From: Eledone cirrhosa
Lineage: Eukaryota
Length of the DNA stretch: 64,000 nt
Direction: 5' to 3'
Assembly: GCA_964016885.1 (NCBI GenBank)
Contig: OZ024740.1
Coordinates: forward strand, 400,334,001 to 400,398,000
Shown: piece by piece, positions 30,126 through 44,945 of the stretch
Layout of the letters: each line of letters opens with the position of its first letter
Position numbering within the stretch: position 1 is the stretch's first letter
Program-made: the position numbers and the translations under genes
The notes under the pieces: model-generated
Databases searched by the model: none
Told to the model about the DNA's origin: nothing
Seen by the model: only the letters and a program-made list of their open reading frames with translations

Positions 30126-30845
30126 ACTAGTAGTGGTACCCGGCGTTGCACGGGATAAGGTATTTTGGAACGCGGGGCGCCAACAAACCTAATCGTGGAA
30201 AAACTGCATGCCTGGACAATATGTAAAGAAAATAAACAGAATACCATGATGGCTGGATAATCTTTAAGATTTTCCCCGATGAAGCAGAAAAAATGCAGGT
30301 TTTCAACTAATTCGGGCTCTAGGGAATCAAGAAAATGAATTTTTTTATGTGCATAATATGCCTTGAAATTTCTGGAAAATCGGCTAGACGTAACGCCCCC
30401 CAAAAGCCCCCAAAAGCTTAAAAAACGCAGTTTTTCACCTAATGCGGGCCCTAGGAGATCAAAAAGTTGAATTTTTATGTGCATAACACTGCCTGAAACA
30501 TCAGTAATACACATGTAAAGTTTGAAAAAAATCGGTTGGATACTTCTCGAGTTTTAGGGATTCAAACTCACTTACACACACACACACACACACACAGACA
30601 GACATCCTCAGGGACGTGACGTAATGCAGACAGCCAGACATACAGACAGCTAAGAATTATAGAGAGAGATCGCTAAATCACCTAGGAACATTGAACATTT
30701 GAAATTTCTTTTGCTCAGAACACTCCCTGAAACATAAGTATTACATGTGTAAAGTTTGAAAACAGTCGGTTGGGTGCTTCTCGAGTTTTAGGGATTCAAA
30801 CTCACACGCACACAGACAGACATCCTCAGTTTTATATATATAGAT
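30126..30845 (+). mobile_element. Non-autonomous Helitron/Helentron-like element (Lep1/HINE style)
   Basis: 5' actag..tacccggcgttgcacgg, 3' (caga)n catcctcagttttatatatatagat; internal duplication 30485-30610 / 30720-30830. Confidence 0.65.
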
Positions 30846-32140
30846 TTCATCGCACCTGACTGTAATTGCAGTTATTTTCTGCACCTAAGCATCCTACATC
30901 TTAAGTTCAAAAATTCGAGTTCATGCATGACGTTTGTTTATATCTATAAATATTCTTCTTATTTTGTCTAAGATGACAACTGCATGAAAGTGAACACCCT
31001 GATGTCGATGTTTTGTAATGCATACATATTTTATTAATTTATATTTAACTAAATAGAAGAATATAAATGGAAATAGCTATAGTTTCAGTACATTTTAATG
31101 TTATTTACAACATTTCAAGATGTATGGGGGGGGGGGGGGGGGGCATTATATCTCACGTATCACCCATTCGTGATATACGTTAATCAGAATGTCCGCGACC
31201 TTTTCAAGCCTACGTATAGTGATGAGACCAATATAACAAATGTATATCCGGAATATCTACAAGTCAACATCTGTAGGGAAACCCGTGCACGAGGATTGAA
31301 CCAAATGAACTCGAATAATAGCACTGAAGCACAAGGTGGGAGTGTTAAATAGTGTGTAGTACTAGACATATTACTAAAAGTAGTCAGGTCTCTGGAAGAA
31401 ATTATTGCTATGTACTTTATCAACAACCACTATCATAGTGATCACTCGCTTTGCCCTCTTTCAATTATTCCATATCTTTACCTTCTCCCTCTTGTCGGCT
31501 ATCCTTATCCTACCCCTCTCCCGCTTCATCATCATCATCATTATCATCATCATCATCACCACCGGCGCCACCACAACCATCATTATCATCATCATAATCA
31601 TCATCATCATGAGCGACATCTTCATCACATTACGATTACCTCCATTACAATCTCCATTCCCTTTATCATCCTTAACCTCCCTTTCTTCATCTTCCTACTG
31701 TTCAACATCATCATAACTGTCGTCGTTGTGATTACCATCCTTTATGTCCAGTGAGCCATGCATCCGTCTCTTCTGTGTGAATCATAATTGCCGCCATGCT
31801 TTTGAAAGGGTACTGAACACTGCAGTCGATAAAAAAATAAAAAAAGATCATTATTATGGGAAACTGTTAGAGTATTAACATCCATCGTCTTTAATTCTCT
31901 CACAACAAATGACTTCCATATTCTGACGAGGTGTCGCTACCATTTCCGTGATTACAACATTATGCCTCTTCTCACGTATCGGACAGAGTATAAGTGCCTG
32001 GCAGACTACATGCGACACGAACCTCGACAGACCCATATCAGCGCAGTCGACCACATCGAAAAGAAAAAGAACGGTAACAACAAAACGAAACAGAAAAAAG
32101 TGCCGAAATAGCAACCGGGTTGAATTTGCCTTTCATCTCC

Positions 32141-32259
<119 letters not shown>

Positions 32260-32384
32260 CATTTGAATATTTAAATTCGTGTTAGTTAGTATAAGAGTGT
32301 AGGTACGGATTCATGTATTTGGAAACGTGTGTTTACCAAACTAGTAGGTCGTGGGTATGATTATATATATATATATATGTGTGC

Positions 32385-32482
<98 letters not shown>

Positions 32483-33249
32483 ATGTCTGTTTATATATAT
32501 GTGTGTGTGTGTGTGTGTGTATAGAAATATATATTTATACACATTATGGATGCACCAGACACCGCGTTTTGCGTAATGTTTCTACTAAGAGTGGATCATA
32601 AACTAACTGTTAATAAATATAAACTCTGACTCATGTTTGGTTTAATCTTGCATTCGATTGTAATAACATACCGTACACAAGTACATTTACACATACATAT
32701 ATGCACACGCTTACACATACATATATGCACACATTTATACATATACACACGTACACACCAAAAAATATATCTTTGAAAATATATGAATCTCAAACACAGA
32801 AAGTATCATTGACAACAGTCGATTTCTATAAAAATACCTTAGAAAATAGAGTAAAATACTGTTGGAGAGAGGAAATGTTGTCCAGCAGCCGATACGGAAA
32901 ATAGAACTACCGAGTGTAAGAAAAGGGCCAGATAACCACTGATTCCGCTTAATTTAGGGAGCTATATTTAATAGCTTGGATGTAAGGTTTTTATGAATTA
33001 TCGAAGTGCTGGGATATTGTGGAAACACGGAACGCAGAGAATATCTGTAATAATTTAGGAAATCAGGTAAAATACACCTGGAGTGGTAGAAAATTGGTGA
33101 GCAGCCGCTACGGAAAATCAAACCCCTTATCTCTCGGGTTTTGTCGAATTCTGATGCCATTAATCTATGGGGCAGGAACAGAACAGATCTGGCAGTAATC
33201 GTTGCCATCCCCAGCCGAAAGTGAGTTAGCTGCTATATGTATGTATGTA

Positions 33250-33490
33250 AGAAAACCACATGGTGGTGCATAAAGTTTGTGTGCCACGGTCCTATGGAAA
33301 GCATAACTCTCTTCAGTCCCCTGTGTCGTAAACCATGCAGATCTACAGCTGGTCTACAAAGTCATCTACAAAGTCATGGACGCAGATGGGAGGACAATAA
33401 AGAATCAATAAGAGACGGAAATCCTCTTGAAGATGCTGCAATACTCATGTATGCATGTATGTATGTATGTATGTATGTATGTATGTATGT
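33250..33490 (+). mobile_element. RTE-clade LINE 3' tip with degenerate C2H2 motif and (ATGT)n tail
   Basis: PLCRKPCRSTAGLQSHLQSH followed by a short UTR and (atgt)n. Confidence 0.6.
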
Positions 33491-33499
33491 ATGGTTGTG

Positions 33500-33533
<34 letters not shown>

Positions 33534-33596
33534 ATATATATATATATGCCGTTAAGGGTGAAAGCAGCGATTCTTTGCTTAAACTTTAATCTGTTA

Positions 33597-33644
<48 letters not shown>

Positions 33645-34028
33645 GATAAACTGAGTGTCATCACATGACCCTCATCTCATCAAATTATATTTTAAACTTG
33701 AGTCATATTTGTTTATACAAAAACTGAAAGGAGCCTTGACACTATGATTTTTTGCGCGATATTACAAAAAAAAAAAAAATGTGATGCCTAATCACATGAT
33801 TTTTCCCAACCTAACAACTTCAAACATATTCTAATCTGAGCCACGATTGTATATAAAACTGAAAGAAATTCCTCACATCAATTAGATGTGAGATACAAGT
33901 CGGCATAGCTACACATTTCTCCATTTCACTTGATGTTTGAAAATCATGAAACTTGTGAAACGGGTAAAGTCATGAATTATTGAAAATAAAACTTCTGAAA
34001 GACTCCAATTGCAGTTATATCTTCTTTT

Positions 34029-34087
<59 letters not shown>

Positions 34088-35917
34088 TATATATATACAG
34101 AGAGAGGGAGGAGAGAGAAAGAGAGATAGAGATAGAGAGGTATGATGAAATGTATATAGATATCTGAAGAATGTCTATCTTAAATATATTAATATATCTT
34201 TAGTAAATTAATACCTATTAGTGTATGTCATTTTTCTGGAAATAAATACCGAATATATCTGCCTTCGTCATATATGGACCAAAATATTAACAGAAATGAA
34301 GTTTGATATCTAAATATACTTATAAAGCTATAAATATTACATGCACCCCTGCGATGTAGAAATATCACAAGTAAAAAGGCCGGTATCTGTATGTATGCTT
34401 GCAAACATGCATGTACTTATATATGTATGCGTTTGTGCGTTAGTGTATGTATTTTATATGAGAAAAACGATAGGGTTGGTGAAAGAGACGGAGGAAGAAA
34501 GAATGAGGCAGATTCAGATTAAAAAGAAATACATGAAATGTAAAATGTAATACATATAAAAAATTATACAGTAAATAAATGTGAAGTTTATTACACAATT
34601 TATTCTGCATGTTTAAAACAAAATTGATTGACAGGTTGAGAGGAATCTTGTTAAAGGAATGTTGAAAATTTGATCGCATCTGTAAGAATCTAGCGGCATG
34701 ATAGTCATCTAGGTGTTTAAGAAAATGGAGGTATTGTAACTTTAATTATAGAAAGTATATTTGATGAGAATGACCCGTTTTAATCCAGTAGTTATAGTAG
34801 CTTAGTTCGTATCAATTGTAATCAGACAGAAACGTTACGAATAAAGATGGCCGAATCACAATAAGCATTTTACACCGATATTCCTTCCAATAGTCCATGT
34901 CAGAGCTCAGCAGAGAATTATATTACTCACTGTAATATACAGTGACTAGCGTATTATGTAGCAATCTGAACATCTGGCTTCTTTTGTATTAAAATATCCG
35001 TTTATGTAGAAGGGAATTGGTAAAATCGTTAGAACATCCAGACAGAATGTTTTGCGGTATTCGTTTCGGAAGCTTTCAAATCACACCGAGATCAACTATG
35101 CATTTCATCCATTCAAGGGCGAGGAAAAGGTATCAGGTTCGATTCTTTCTGAATATCTTTACCTCACTTCCTATCTTTCTCGCTCATTTTCACTCTCTCT
35201 CTCTCTCCCTTTCTCTGCCACCTCTCTTTCTCTCCTTTGAAAGGAATTGACAGTGTTCAGATCTGGAAAGGAGATGGGCTCCACCAGGTTTAATGTACCC
35301 AAGATACATCATCACCTCGATTATTCCATCAGGAGTTATGGGTCAATACCAACATACATCAGTTTACGTACATCTGTTGGATAATAATATATTCGTACCA
35401 CGCTCGGTTTTATGTATCGATAAGAATGAACATAATGAAGTGATCAATTTAAATTCATAACATTTTGAAGCTTTTAATTTTACGTTACACTTAATCATGT
35501 ATAACGCACTTTCTATATTATAGACTAAATATTCTGAAAATATATATATATAACACCCTTTTATCGTCCATTTTCGAAATACTACCAGCCAAATGTATAT
35601 CGAAACATTCATACTTCCTAATAACCATCGCTTTAATTCTCCTAAGCAAGCGGCAAATGGACTGCAAGAACTAATATCGTGGGAGAAAAAGATATTGAAT
35701 ATGTCATGATTTTGTATTTATGTAACTGAACATTATATATTAATGTATGAATATATGTTACTTCAACGAAAGGAATTGTGGAAAGGAATTTCATGAGAGC
35801 TTGCGTGCATGAATTTCTGAAATGTTTGTTTAGTTTAGTGAGGAATGCATGAAATGTTTCATATTGAGAGTTTGCGATGCATCATACAAACATACATACA
35901 TGAATATATATACATAC

Positions 35918-35971
<54 letters not shown>

Positions 35972-36067
35972 GGATATATATATGGATATATATATATATA
36001 TATTATGGAATGCTGTTGGCTTCTTGCTACAATAATTTCTATACTTTTCATTTATATATATATATAT

Positions 36068-36580
36068 ATAAACGGAAAAAATGAAACGAAATTTCATTTC
36101 CCACTCTTAGTACGGCTGTTACTTAAATATAAGTATGTACACTTACATACATATATGTATACAGACGTATATATATATACATACATGCACACATATATAT
36201 ATGTACGTATGGATTCACCGAACATTTAGCCGTACTAAGAGTGGGAAATGAAATTTCGTTTCATTTTTTCCGTTTATCGTTTTTGGTGCACCCGGCCGAT
36301 TAAGCCACTCGATATGCAAATTGGGCTACTCAGCCGTTAATATGCATAAGGTAAGTATATACGTTCAACAATCTGGCAGGAAGGTATACGTTGCTGACGA
36401 TAGCTAATAAGCTTGAAACTAGTACAGCGTTCTTTTGTCAGTGTTGAACAAACGAGCAACGATGGTTGCTAGACACTACGGCTTAATACGGGATGTTTGT
36501 TTACAAACATACCGAGCATTATAATAAATGTTCGGTGAATCCATACGTACATATATATATGTGTTTATGTATATATATAT
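36068..36580 (+). mobile_element. PLE-type terminal remnant with double inversion and HHR
   Basis: 36068-36118 inverted with 36227-36277; 36195-36228 inverted with 36525-36558. Confidence 0.7.
36389..36429 (+). ncRNA. Minimal type I hammerhead ribozyme
   Basis: cgttg CTGACGA tagctaataagctt GAAA ctag TA cagcg; stem II agct/agct, palindromic stem III actagt. Confidence 0.85.
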
Positions 36581-36660
36581 ATATACATACTACTGTACGT
36601 CTGTATACATATATGTATGTACGTTTACATACTTATATATATATATATATATATATATAT

Positions 36661-37824
<1,164 letters not shown>

Positions 37825-37865
37825 ATATATATATATATGTATATATATATATATGTATATATATG

Positions 37866-37905
<40 letters not shown>

Positions 37906-37923
37906 TACATATGTATATATATA

Positions 37924-38300
37924 CTTAGGTTAATAGGAGTTAGGTATTGTATACCCGTGTCCCATTAAGGTATTGGCAGCATAATAATTAGCTCTATGCT
38001 TTGGAGCAGAGCCGTATATATGAAAAAGAACACAAGAGCGTCTACAACATCAAAAGATTTTTATTGGCTTACAATGTTTCTTCCTTACGTAACCGTAGGA
38101 GTCGTCAGAGCTATAAAAGGGGTTTGATTGGTGTTATGGACTCTACCAACCAAACATTCAAGAACAAAGAGTAAAGAGAGTAAAGAGCAAAAGTAGGGGA
38201 CGATAAGTCTAATTTTGGTGCGGGAGGGTGGGGTGTGGGTCCTTGTTTACTAGCTGCGGTCATATTCATTCCCGGGAGTCGGGTGGTTAGCTGAACCATT
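37924..38300 (-). mobile_element. PLE-type terminal region, family D
   Basis: HHR, then AATAAA, then bulged hairpin 37991-38012, ending in (TA)n. Confidence 0.65.
38067..38111 (-). ncRNA. Type I hammerhead ribozyme
   Basis: Minus: gct CTGACGA ctcctacggttacgtaaggaa GAAA cattg TA agc caataaa. Confidence 0.8.
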
Positions 38301-39336
38301 GATGGGGTGGCGTCGATAGTATTGTGCAGAGGGTGCGCATAGGCTACACATACACAAAGGGCATATAATATATATATATATATAGCGGAGGAGAAAGTAC
38401 ATGAGGTAATTAGAAATTGAAAAAGAGTAATAATAATAATAATCTATAATTAATAGTGTATAATAAGGCATGGGGAAGATTACACTATAATAAGGTAGAA
38501 AAGTAAGAATAAGGTAAAATATAAAGGAGGATAAAAGTGGAAATAATAAAGATAAAAAAATATATAGAGAATATATAAAGAAATATAAGCGAATATTTGG
38601 AGGGGAAAACACAATGTAAAAAAAATGATTTTTTCAAGTAATAATAAAAATATAATAATTATGGGAGGAGAAAACGGGATAGAGAAATATGATCAAGTGT
38701 GATTAGTTGAGAGAATATAAGATGATAATAGTTATGTCAAGGTTATACATCTTAATAATAAATAATCTGTGTATCAGAGTTGCAGAATCTTCAATTCACT
38801 TACGGGTTCAAGCCACGTGGCGTGGTCCATTGTTTATCTGTGCGGTCATTCGCGTTTGTTTTTGACACCACAGCAGATGCACAAGTTCGTAAATTCCAAT
38901 GCAGATAGAAATCTATTTTTGCTCACCCGGACATTGACGGAGGATCCAATATTCCTAGTTCAATATGTGTGTGGTGTTATTTTGGTCGTACAAATCAATC
39001 ACTTGGTTCAATATTATGGAGTATGGTTTTCTGGTCTTCGTAACAGTGTCAGTGGTTGTATATCTGGAAATCACAAGGATCACAGTACTCCGGTTTGGTG
39101 TGATTATCGGTCATCCAGCTATGTTGTTGGTGGTTGGATTCAATTCTATTCGCTCGAACGTTGAACTTTGGTGTCGATAGGACATTAACGAGGCAGGGTG
39201 AGATCGCATCTGTGGTACAAAACGGTACGCAAGGAAATTCTTGTATATACATATATATACAAGTTGATATATATATATTATTATATATATATATATATAT
39301 ATACATACATATGTGCATGTATATTATTTGTAGTAT

Positions 39337-39523
39337 GGGCACAAGGCCAGCAATTTGGGGAGAGGGAAAAGTCGATTAAATCGGCCTCAGTACATCACTG
39401 GTGCTTTATTTTATCGAACCCGTAAGGATGAAAGGCAAAGTTAACTCAGACTGTAAAGGACCGTAACTCTATGCTGCAGAGCATGGCATCCAACTCTCTA
39501 CCGATACTGCTAATCCACTGCCC
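39337..39523 (-). mobile_element. Meta-type tRNA SINE (internal deletion)
   Basis: Core and long tail; B-box region partly deleted. Confidence 0.8.
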
Positions 39524-39628
39524 TTATATGTGCATATATATACACACATATATTTAGACGCATATGTATGTTTGTATGTATGAATGAATGTATGGATGTA
39601 CATATGTATGCATATATATATATATATA

Positions 39629-39762
<134 letters not shown>

Positions 39763-39767
39763 TTAAT

Positions 39768-39955
39768 ATAGATGAGATTCTACAGGACTAGAACTGTTTC
39801 ATTTTTTAGAAATCATCAGGAATTCCTGATGATTTCTAAAGAACGAAACAGTTCTAGTCCTGTAGAATCTCATCTATATTAAAACTTTTATACTCTGCAA
39901 TGTATTGAGTACCTTACTTACTGTGGTTACCTCCGATTCAACCCGGAATAAAGTA

Positions 39956-39957
<2 letters not shown>
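39768..39957 (+). mobile_element. Palindromic PLE terminal remnant, family A
   Basis: Near-perfect inverted repeat 39768-39887 centred on gaattc (39820-39825); (TA)n on both sides. Confidence 0.85.
39822..39868 (+). ncRNA. Type I hammerhead ribozyme (mirror copy on minus strand about 39777-39823)
   Basis: attc CTGATGA tttctaaagaac GAAA cagttctagtcctg TA gaat. Confidence 0.82.
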
Positions 39958-40019
<62 letters not shown>

Positions 40020-40044
40020 TATGTATATATATAGAGAGAGAGAG

Positions 40045-40564
40045 TATGCGGTCAACAGAACAGGGATCTGTCGGTTTTGAAGCAGATAAAAAGAAGCGCT
40101 CGACGATCTGTATAAACGATACAAGACGGAGCATTATATTAATAAAAGATCGGTGGCCATATTCAGTTGATGCAGGTTTATTTAACACTCCGTTATACAT
40201 ATTTCACTGAAGACTATCAGTTAAGATAGCCTGAGCTCTTCAGGCAGCAAAACCTGAAATAAACATTGTAAGTTCCTAATAAACCCTTAAATCTGGAAAA
40301 ATTCACTAATTTCCCTGAAAAAAGATTTTCTTTTAATGATACAGGAGGCCGGCCAAACGCGATGTGTTATTTCTTCGACGGCCGGCCCCTGAGGAATTTA
40401 TTGGATTTTCCTAAATTTAATGCTTTATTAGGAACTTACAATGCTTATTTTAGGTTTTGCCGTCTGAAGAGCTCAGGCTATCTTAACCGATAGTCCTCAG
40501 TGAAATATGTATAACGGAGTTTTAAATAAACCTGAATCAACTGAATATGGCCACCGATCATTTA

Positions 40565-40570
<6 letters not shown>
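40045..40570. mobile_element. Inverted PLE terminal remnant, family E
   Basis: 40139-40305 inverted with 40400-40570; sister copy 63207-63532. Confidence 0.8.
40460..40517 (+). ncRNA. Type I hammerhead ribozyme with extended stem II
   Basis: ccgt CTGAAGA gctcaggctatcttaaccgatagtcctcagt GAAA tatgta TA acgg. Confidence 0.78.
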
Positions 40571-40647
<77 letters not shown>

Positions 40648-41435
40648 GCATGCATGTGAACGTGAAGGTTCTCTAATATCCTTCACGAGTAAAATATGAG
40701 AAAGAAGCGTCGAAAATGCAACTGGATTCTTTAAGAAGGTATGTTTACAATGACGTTACCGGTTCCAGAGTTTTATGATTTTCAAAGTGAAACCGGTAAA
40801 ATTATTGTAAATGAATCTGCGTTTACAACTATATATACGTATATATAAGTGTGTGTTTGTGTGTGTATATATATATATATATTCATACATACATGAACAG
40901 TTGAAAAGGCCTAAATGTTGCGCTATTCATGATGTGTATAATAAAGACTCACATTCGCGGAGAAAGAGAGAGAGAAAGAGAGTGAGAGTGAGAGAGAGAG
41001 AGTGAGAGAGTGAGAGAAAGAGAGAGGGTGAGAGAGACAGAGAGATGGGGTGAAAGGGGGAAGAGGGTAATTTCACAAGATTTTCTCGAAATCTGAGACA
41101 CCGCTATTTTCATTATATTACAAAAACAGAAAATCTCATATAAAGATTGTTCTTCAGATTAAACCAGCGCACAATGTGTTTAATAGCATTGCAATAACAG
41201 AAACAACGCGTTTCAACTCTTGTTAATTGGCGAAGAAACAGCCACAATCAAATATTGTTGCTCTATTCCACGGTCAGTTATATACGGCTTTATTCTTCAC
41301 ATAAACCTATTTCTCTTTGAAATTCAAGCTTTTAAGCGTTCATTAATTATCTATATAATTGAAATTGTGTACTTTTTGGGGAAGGAGAATCCTTCCAAAT
41401 ACCACTAATGGTTGATCATTATTTCGTCTATAGCA

Positions 41436-41622
41436 GGGCGGTGGATTGGCAGTGTCGGTAGAGGGTCGGACGCCATGCTTTGCAGCAAAGAGTTACGGCC
41501 CTTTATGGTCTGAGTTCAAATCCCGCCGAGGTTAACTTTGCTTTTCATCCTTACGGGGTCGATAAAATAAAGTACCAGTAATACACTGGGTAATTGCTGG
41601 CCTTGTGCCGAAAGTAGAAACA
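41436..41622 (+). mobile_element. Meta-type tRNA SINE
   Basis: 18-bp TSD attatttcgtctatagca (41418-41435, 41623-41640). Confidence 0.92.
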
Positions 41623-41855
41623 ATTATTTCGTCTATAGCAACATTAAAAAAGGCAATCGAAGAATACAGGAAACGGTACTTCCCTAGTGATAATGTAGCA
41701 GTTAGTATTCTTTTATCTACGAGAAAGAGACATATGTATGAGTGTGTAGCATGTATACATACATGCCTGTATGTATGTATGTATGTATGTATGTATGTAT
41801 GTATGTATGTATGTATGTATGTATGTATGTATGTATGTATGTATGTATGTATGTC

Positions 41856-42450
41856 AGGTCACCAGTTGGTGCTACTGGTAACATGTATCCCAGTACAACC
41901 TGTCTCAGGGTCGGGTCGTTAGCGTCTAAACTGGCAACCCCACCAAGGTTTCTTGGTGAGGAGGGTGACTTTGGACATCCTGCAGGACTAAAAACAAAAC
42001 CTGTCAAAGGGCAAAGGAGCTCTTAAGAGTCAATGGCCACCGGGAGAGATGACCTCTTAGCCTTTTTCAAGGCAGAATTCTAGGAGAAGGAAAACTCTGA
42101 TATAACACCTGCAACTCTGATGGTATCCACTGATGTTGACTTGTTCTTCTTTTTGGTAAATATCATCTTGGTTAAGAGAGTGGGACTGGCTTTGTGCAGT
42201 GCCTTTGCTCACTATAAAAGCTTCACGGCACAGGCATTGCTTGATATCTGGAGATCTCTCTGCACTTGTCGTCACATGGTACCATGGGCCCAGCACTATA
42301 TGTCTAATTGTCACAGGTGTACTGTTTGTAGCAGAGTTTTCAAGTCGCTGGCTGGACTAAAAAGTCACACTCGTTCAGCGCATCGGTAGGGGTTCTCCTA
42401 CATGGATATAACGTAGTGGCCGTACTCGAAAACGAGTTGGCAGCCACCAT
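41856..42450 (+). mobile_element. About 600-bp RTE-derived non-autonomous retroelement in (ATGT)n
   Basis: RTE-like 5' leader, C-terminal C2H2 remnant [22 protein letters not shown], gtggccgtactcgaaaacgag hairpin, (atgt)n both sides; diverged relative at 42625-42965. Confidence 0.7.
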
Positions 42451-43499
42451 GTATGTATGAAGGTATGTATGAATATATGTATGCATGAATGTATGTATGG
42501 AAGGATGGATGGATGGATGTATGAATGTATGTATGTATGAATGTATGTATGAATGTATGTATGTATGAATGTATGTATGAATGTATGTATGTATGAACGT
42601 ATGTATGAATGTATGTATGTATGTTAGAAATAATCGGGCTGGATACCCGATTGCGCAGTTAAGCCACTGGGAGTGAAGGACCCCTAGCCTTTGTCAGGGC
42701 ATTCTTCTAGGAGAAGGGAACTCAAGAAACTGGGATAACTCCGACATAAAACTTGCGGCTCAATAGTTACCGATGATGTTGATCTTTTCTTCTTTTCGGG
42801 TTATATCTACTGTCCCTCAGAGATAGGTTTGGCTCAGTGCACAGTCTTTCCTAACTTTAAAAAAAATCTTCACGCACAGGCATTGCACGATAGAATTAAT
42901 TAATAATTATTAATAATGTGATATCGTGCAATGGCCATACTCAATAACGAGGGCGCAGCCATCATGTATGTATGTAATGTATGTATGTATGTATGTATGT
43001 ATGTATGTATGTATGTATGTATGTATGCATGTATGTGTGTGTTCATAGAATAGCTCAGGTAGAGAAAATCCACGACAAAGGCGTTTACGTTGTAACTAGG
43101 ACTACATTATTTAATGTGACATTTGCATTTGTAAATAGTGGAGTATGATTCGTGGAACATTTGGCTGCAATATCTGGCAGATCCTCTGACCCGGTAGAGG
43201 ATTTTCTATTAGATACTCGACCAAGAATATCGTGCATATGTAATTATATGTATACGCTAAACTTTGTCTCATCGTTGTGTGTATGTGTGAATGTGGGAAA
43301 AAGTACTTTTCTGGTGATGTTGTTGTAGATATTGTTTCCCCTGGTATCAGTCGTGTTTGAGCAAACCTATTCTATCATCATAGACCTCTTAGCTATAGTT
43401 ATGTGTCGTACTTTTATGTATGTTAAATCTCGAATTGCTTCATCAGAGCGAATACTTTACTCATCTCCTAAACCCGATCACAACAGCATCTTCTTATTA

Positions 43500-44400
43500 T
43501 ACACGAAGTGCATCTGGGAACGGTGACTAATCTCTGTGGCTGAGGTTATAAGAGCAGTTAAAGAGCTCAGATTTGGTAAGGTAGTTGGGGAATATGAAAT
43601 CCGGCCCGAAATGTTAAAAGCTTTAAATAAAACGGAATGTAAAATCAGTCGACTGGTATTTGTTACTTGACAGAAGGTGTACTGCGACTTATACTTAATA
43701 GATCTGATGCTGAGTGCTGCATGACTAGAAAATCAGTGCTGCGAAGTCTGAAATACACGTCATCTCAAGGAAGCATGGGCAGTGTACGTGAATAGAGTTC
43801 AATTGAAGCAGGTGGAGTTGTTCAAGTATCTCGGGCAATGTTCACGAGTAATGGAAGTCAGGAGGTTCAACTATATGCAAGAATTGCAGTAACCGGTGCG
43901 GGAACGCGCTCGCTTCAGAATGCGGGATCAGAAGGGAGGTAGATGCAAAAACTAAACTCACTATCTTCAATTTGGTATGCGTGCCATCTCTTACGTATGG
44001 TCAGGAATCTTGGATAATGACCGAAAGAATACGATCGGGAATACAAGCGGCCGAAACGTTTTATTCGATAGAGTGTGTAGCATGAAGATCAGATGGTCAC
44101 TCCATGTAGAGCTGATATACACCGAATTGAGACATCACAGCTCCGATACTATGGGCATGTGGTAAGAATGTCCTAGGAAAGAATCGCTGGACAGATTTTT
44201 ACGGACAAAACCAACCGACACTAGACTTAGGGGTAGACCCCTAGAAAGATAGTTGGATAAAATCCATGAGCTTGGCTAGTCTCGATTGGAGATCCAGCCG
44301 GATCAGTTAGAGACGATTGCTTCTATATGGACTCATTGGAAAGAGTTTTTCAGGACTTTGCCCCCACGACCCTCGCAGGAATACGTGGACGAAGAAAAAT
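43500..44400 (+). mobile_element. Heavily decayed RTE-clade LINE
   Basis: Remnants GKVVGEYEIRPEMLKAL, QLKQVELFKYLG, RLRGRP with many stops and deletions. Confidence 0.65.
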
Positions 44401-44497
44401 ATATATGCATACTCAAATGCACACACATAAATTCATACAATCATATGTACATGCATTCATATACCCCACCCCCCATAAACACAGTATATATATATAT

Positions 44498-44850
44498 ATA
44501 TCACAGAAAAAAGAGAATCAGTGTTGCGACGAAAGGAATTTATTGGACATATTACAAATGTTTCTCGGGCGATCAGCTCGAGGCACGATCGATATGGTGA
44601 TCATACCTGACTCTGAAATCGTAGAATCGAGACATATCTGACGACCGTGTTGATTTCAGAGTCAGGGGTGATCATCATATCGATCGTGCCTCGAGCTGGT
44701 CGCCCGAGAAACATTTGTAATATGTCCAATAAATTCCTTTCGTCGCAACACTGATTCTCTTTTTTCTGTGATATCATACTCTGCTCTACGAGGGCATTGA
44801 GTGCTCATACGGCCTACCGCATACGGACGCTTTAAGCATCCAACACCAAT
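44498..44850 (+). mobile_element. Palindromic PLE terminal remnant, family B
   Basis: 44498-44620 inverted with 44652-44774; HHR, AATAAA, bulged hairpin, (TA)n. Confidence 0.82.
44631..44726 (+). ncRNA. Type I hammerhead with about 60-nt insert in stem II
   Basis: gacatat CTGACGA [about 63 nt] GAAA catttg TA atatgtc; perfect 7-bp stem I. Confidence 0.72.
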
Positions 44851-44945
44851 TATATATATACATATATATATATATATATAAGTTTATCCCGGATTCAATC
44901 GGGGGTAACCACAGTAAATAAGGTACTCAATACATAGTCCTGATG

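Noticed and set aside
42318-42389. C2H2 zinc finger as a host transcription-factor exon
   Set aside because: Single finger inside a repeated element ending in an RTE-type 3' UTR and (ATGT)n
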